64,000 nt of DNA, from the NCBI GenBank assembly GCA_965223905.1, contig CBDCXV010000009.1:32001-96000 (forward strand). Reading direction: 5' to 3'. Both the position numbers and the translations under genes were made by a program. Origin of the DNA: Candidatus Latescibacterota bacterium. Its GTDB lineage: Bacteria > Latescibacterota > UBA2968 > UBA8231. This document shows positions 60,455-64,000 of the stretch, in pieces. Position 1 is the first letter of the stretch; every line of letters begins with the position of its first letter. The notes under the pieces are model-generated. The model did not search any database and was not told the origin of the DNA. It saw only the letters and a program-made list of their open reading frames with translations.

Positions 60455-62791
60455 ATGCCGAGAAAAGCGCAGCTGACCCAGGTCGGCAAGCACAAGCTCG
60501 AGATAACCAACCTCGACAAGGTGCTGTGGCCCAACGACGGCATCCTCAAGGCGGAGCTGATCGAGTACTACCTGAAGATCGCCCCGACGATCCTCGCCCA
60601 TCTCAGGGGGCGGCCGCTGTCGTTCGTGCGCTTCCCGGACGGCATCGACGGCGAGAGCTTCTTCCAGAAGAACCGCCCCAGGTGGGCGCCGGCGTGGCTC
60701 GATCACGAGGTGATCGGCGAAGCGGGGGACTCCCTCGACTACGTGCTCGCCTCCGACGAGGCCTCGATGGCCTGGATCGCCAACCACGCCTGCATCGAGG
60801 TCCACCATCTGCACTCGCGGCGGCCCCACTTCGACAGGCCCGACTACTTCGTCGTCGACCTCGATCCCCCGGAAGGGTACCCGTTCCCCGACGTCGTCGA
60901 GCTCGCCTTTCAGGTCAGGGAGCACCTCGAGTCGCACGGCTACCACCCGTTCGCGAAAACCACGGGCCGCAAGGGGATTCACGTGGTGGCGCCGATCGAG
61001 CCGAAGTGGGATTTCGAGACGGTGTTCGCCGCGGCCAAAGGGATGTTCCAGCCGTTCGTCCGCGCCCACGCCGCGACGACGACCCTGCACATCAAGAAGG
61101 AGGCGCGCCAGGGCAAGGTCCTCGTCGACGTGTTCCGCAACCGCACGGCGCAGACCATCGTCGCCGCCTACAGCGTGCGCGGCTCCGCCGCCGCCCCGGT
61201 GTCGATGCCGCTGGCATGGGAGGAGCTCGAGCAGCTGAGCGAACCTGGTTTGTACAACCTGCACACCGCGGCCGACAAGGTGCTGAGCGAAGGGGACCCG
61301 TGGGAAGGGATGGGGGCGTACGCCGTGCGCCTGCACACCGACCGCAAGGCGGCGAAGAAGAAGCGGGCCCCCGCCCGGTCGAGAACCCACAAGACCCCGG
61401 ACCAGCTCGAGTCCTACGCCGGCAGGCGCAGCTTCGAAAAGACGCCGGAGCCGGCCCCGGAGGTCGAGGCAGGGGACGGCAACGCCTTCGTCGTCCACCG
61501 CCACCACGCTTCCCGCCTGCACTACGACCTGCGTCTGGAACAGGACGGGGTGCTCAGGTCCTGGGCGGTGCCGAAGGGGCTGCCGCCGCGGCCGGGCATC
61601 AAGAGGCTGGCGGTCCAGGTCGAGGACCACCCGCTCGAGTACCTCACCTTCGAGGGGCGCATCCCCAAGGGGGAGTACGGCGCCGGCCCGATGTGGGTCT
61701 ACGCCCTCGGCCGCTACGAGGTCACCAACGACAAGAAGGACAGCTTCTACTTCCGCCTGCAGAGCCGCGAGCTGAGCGCCGAGTTCCGGCTGATCAACAC
61801 CCGGGGCAAGGACTGGCTGCTCGAGCGCCTCGACAACCCGCAGGTCGACTGGCTGGAGGAGTTCGTCGAGCCGATGCTGGCCGAGAACCGCGAAGAAGTG
61901 CCGGACCGCGGCGACTACCTGTACGAGCTCAAGTGGGACGGCATCCGCGCCTCGATCGCCCTCGACGAGGGGGAGGTCCGCATCCGCACCCGCAGCCGCC
62001 GGGACGTCAGCGAACACTTCCCCGAGCTGCGGCTGCCCGAGGAGGCCTTCCGCGCCTCGTCGGCCCTGTTCGACGGGGAGATCGTCTGCCTGAACGACGG
62101 CGGCCGGCCGGTCTTCACCGACGCGGTGGGCCGCCTGCACGCGCGCGGCGAGCGCGGCATCGAGAAGGCGCGGCAGCGCCACCCGGCGAACTGCTACCTG
62201 TTCGACTGCCTCTACCTCGACGGGCGGCCGGTCGTCAACGAGCCCCTGAGCCGGCGCCGGGAGTGGCTGGAGAGCGCCCTGAAGCCGGAGTCCCCGTACC
62301 GGGTCAGCGAGGTGGTCGCCGACGGGCACGCCCTGTTCGAAGCGACCAGACAGGCAGGCCTGGAGGGGATCGTGGCGAAGCTGCCTGAGGCCCCGTATCT
62401 TCCGGGAAAACGCTCCGACAGGTGGCTGAAGATCAAGGTGCGGCAGACCATGGAGTGCCTGGTGGTCGGCTACACCGCGGGCAAGGGGGACCGCAAGAGC
62501 CAGTTCGGAGCCCTGCACCTGGCGGCCGCGGGCAACGGCCCCGGCCTCGACTATCTCGGCAAGGTCGGCACCGGTTTCAACGCCCGGACCATGACCTCGG
62601 TGATGGAGGAGCTTCGCCGCTTTCCCGAGGTCGAGCGGCCGATTCCCGTGAAACCGCCCGACGACGCGCAGACCACCTGGATCGAGCCTCGGCTGTACTG
62701 CGAGGTGGAGTACGCGTCGATGACCCCCGTGGGAACGCTGCGCGAACCCGCTTTCGTTCGCCTGCGCCCCGACATGGAACCGGAACAGTAG
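60455..62791 (+). CDS. ligD: NHEJ DNA ligase D (polymerase - phosphoesterase - ligase order)
   Basis: RFPDGI..FFQKN, DLDP, KTTGRKGIH; HHASRLHYDLRLE..SWAVPKG; ELKWDGIR, EGIVAK, WLKIK. Confidence 0.95.
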   Translation: MPRKAQLTQVGKHKLEITNLDKVLWPNDGILKAELIEYYLKIAPTILAHLRGRPLSFVRFPDGIDGESFFQKNRPRWAPAWLDHEVIGEAGDSLDYVLASDEASMAWIANHACIEVHHLHSRRPHFDRPDYFVVDLDPPEGYPFPDVVELAFQVREHLESHGYHPFAKTTGRKGIHVVAPIEPKWDFETVFAAAKGMFQPFVRAHAATTTLHIKKEARQGKVLVDVFRNRTAQTIVAAYSVRGSAAAPVSMPLAWEELEQLSEPGLYNLHTAADKVLSEGDPWEGMGAYAVRLHTDRKAAKKKRAPARSRTHKTPDQLESYAGRRSFEKTPEPAPEVEAGDGNAFVVHRHHASRLHYDLRLEQDGVLRSWAVPKGLPPRPGIKRLAVQVEDHPLEYLTFEGRIPKGEYGAGPMWVYALGRYEVTNDKKDSFYFRLQSRELSAEFRLINTRGKDWLLERLDNPQVDWLEEFVEPMLAENREEVPDRGDYLYELKWDGIRASIALDEGEVRIRTRSRRDVSEHFPELRLPEEAFRASSALFDGEIVCLNDGGRPVFTDAVGRLHARGERGIEKARQRHPANCYLFDCLYLDGRPVVNEPLSRRREWLESALKPESPYRVSEVVADGHALFEATRQAGLEGIVAKLPEAPYLPGKRSDRWLKIKVRQTMECLVVGYTAGKGDRKSQFGALHLAAAGNGPGLDYLGKVGTGFNARTMTSVMEELRRFPEVERPIPVKPPDDAQTTWIEPRLYCEVEYASMTPVGTLREPAFVRLRPDMEPEQ

Positions 62792-62833
62792 CCGCGGCGC
62801 GGAGCGCGCGCCCGCAAGCGACAGGAGGTGAAA

Positions 62834-63727
62834 ATGAACATGCGATCCCTGTGGAAGGGGCACATCAGGTTCTCGATGGTGACGATCCCGGTGCGGCTGT
62901 ACAACGCCGTCGACTCCGGATCGACCATCCGCTTCAACCAGCTGCACAAGGAGGACAACGGCCGCGTCGGCTACGACAAGAAGTGCAAGAGCTGCGGCGA
63001 GGCCCTGAGCAACCACGACATCGTCAAGGGGTACGAGTACGCCCCGGACGAGTACGTCATCATCGAGGACGAGGACCTGCAGAAGATCAAGCTCGCCAGC
63101 ACCCGGATCATCGAGATCGAGGGGTTCGTCGACGCGGAAGAGGTCGACCAGATGCTCTATGAAACCCCCTACTACGCCGGTCCCGACGGCGAGGTCGCCA
63201 AGAAGGTGTACGGCCTGTTGGCGGGGGCCCTGGAGGCCAGCGGCAAGGTCGGCGTCGGCAAGGTGGTGATGCGCGACCGCGAAGACATGGTGCTGATCGG
63301 CCAGCAGGAGGGCGGGCTCGTCATCTACAAGGTCCGCTACCCGGAGTTCCTGCGCAGCATCGGCGACGTCCCCGACACCGAGCAGGTCGAGGTCGCCGCC
63401 GAGGAGCTGAAGCTGGCGCAGAGCCTCGTCGACTCGATGACGACCTCGTTCGCCGACATCGAGATGAAGGACTCCTACCGCGAGGCGGTGAAGGAGCTGA
63501 TCGACGCCAAGGTGGAGGGCCAGGAGATCGTCGCCGTCGCCGAGGAGGTGAAGCCGGTGGTCGACATCATGTCCGCCCTCAAGGAGAGCATCGAGCAGGC
63601 GAAAACCGTGAAGAAGCCGATGGAGCGGGCAGAAGGGGAGAAGGCGGAAGAGAAGGCCGAGAAGAAGGCCCCTGCCCGGAAGAAGGCGGCCAAAAAGCCG
63701 GCCGCCAAGGCCAGGAAAGTTGCCTAG
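62834..63727 (+). CDS. ku: NHEJ DNA end-binding protein Ku
   Basis: WKGHIRFSMVTIPVRLY, FNQLH, IVKGYE, VVDIMSALKES, Lys/Ala-rich tail. Confidence 0.95.
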   Translation: MNMRSLWKGHIRFSMVTIPVRLYNAVDSGSTIRFNQLHKEDNGRVGYDKKCKSCGEALSNHDIVKGYEYAPDEYVIIEDEDLQKIKLASTRIIEIEGFVDAEEVDQMLYETPYYAGPDGEVAKKVYGLLAGALEASGKVGVGKVVMRDREDMVLIGQQEGGLVIYKVRYPEFLRSIGDVPDTEQVEVAAEELKLAQSLVDSMTTSFADIEMKDSYREAVKELIDAKVEGQEIVAVAEEVKPVVDIMSALKESIEQAKTVKKPMERAEGEKAEEKAEKKAPARKKAAKKPAAKARKVA

Positions 63728-63836
63728 TCGGGCGGTCCCGGGAATAACTTGCCGAATCGAAGGCGCAGCACGCCGGGATGCCCTCGGCGAATACTAAAAG
63801 CCTTCTGAGCCGGCGGCCCGGAGGCGATTCAGACAG

Positions 63837-64000
63837 ATGAGCAAGCTGCTTCCATTCCCCGCGGCGAAGGCCCGCAGTCCCTCGAAGTTCGGGTACGAGC
63901 GGGTTCGCAAGCGGGACCGGAAGGACAAGGGCCAGCTCGACCTGTTCGCCGGTGGCAGCGGCAAGCTGGTCGAGTTTCCCGCCGCGGCCGGCCCCGGGCC
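63837..64000 (+). CDS. Partial hypothetical protein (runs off the window)
   Basis: ATG then open frame MSKLLPFP..KFGYERV..GQLDLF. Confidence 0.5.
   Translation, partial: MSKLLPFPAAKARSPSKFGYERVRKRDRKDKGQLDLFAGGSGKLVEFPAAAGPG

Noticed and set aside
60398-63016. 872-aa minus-strand ORF and similar long antisense ORFs elsewhere
   Set aside because: High-GC antisense shadows of ligD and other well-supported genes
1-64000. tRNA, rRNA, tmRNA, RNase P RNA or CRISPR arrays
   Set aside because: No convincing signatures seen by eye; a covariance-model scan was not possible

Overview
High-GC bacterial chromosome. The gene content (four PhyH dioxygenases, WD40+FlgD/T9SS-tail protein, DUF6785-like membrane paralogs, Kelch/TPR/PD40 repeat proteins) suggests a Latescibacterota/Gemmatimonadota/Poribacteria-like marine or sponge-associated organism; this is inference only. 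Bases 1-34 kb hold catabolic and accessory genes, many gene stumps and three IS remnants (IS1595, ISL3, IS630). Bases 34.1-60.3 kb are a 26-kb minus-strand defence island built on a complete class I DISARM system (drmD-drmMI ... drmA-drmB-drmC). About 10.6 kb of cargo sits between drmMI and drmA: GNAT-PIN-PUA + ASCH, an ART-like protein + DUF6575-like protein, a lone DarG-type macrodomain, a 4TM protein, an AAA/PD-(D/E)XK protein, a diverged 325-bp second copy of the drmA 5' end, a ThsB-like TIR protein, and an ABC-ATPase + DUF4276 pair. A putative toxin + inactive ImmA/IrrE pair follows drmC. Sequence scars indicate the 4TM and TIR genes come from two copies of one TM-TIR cassette, each of which lost the other half. 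NHEJ genes (ligD, ku) close the window. All family assignments come from motif recognition by eye, not from database searches.
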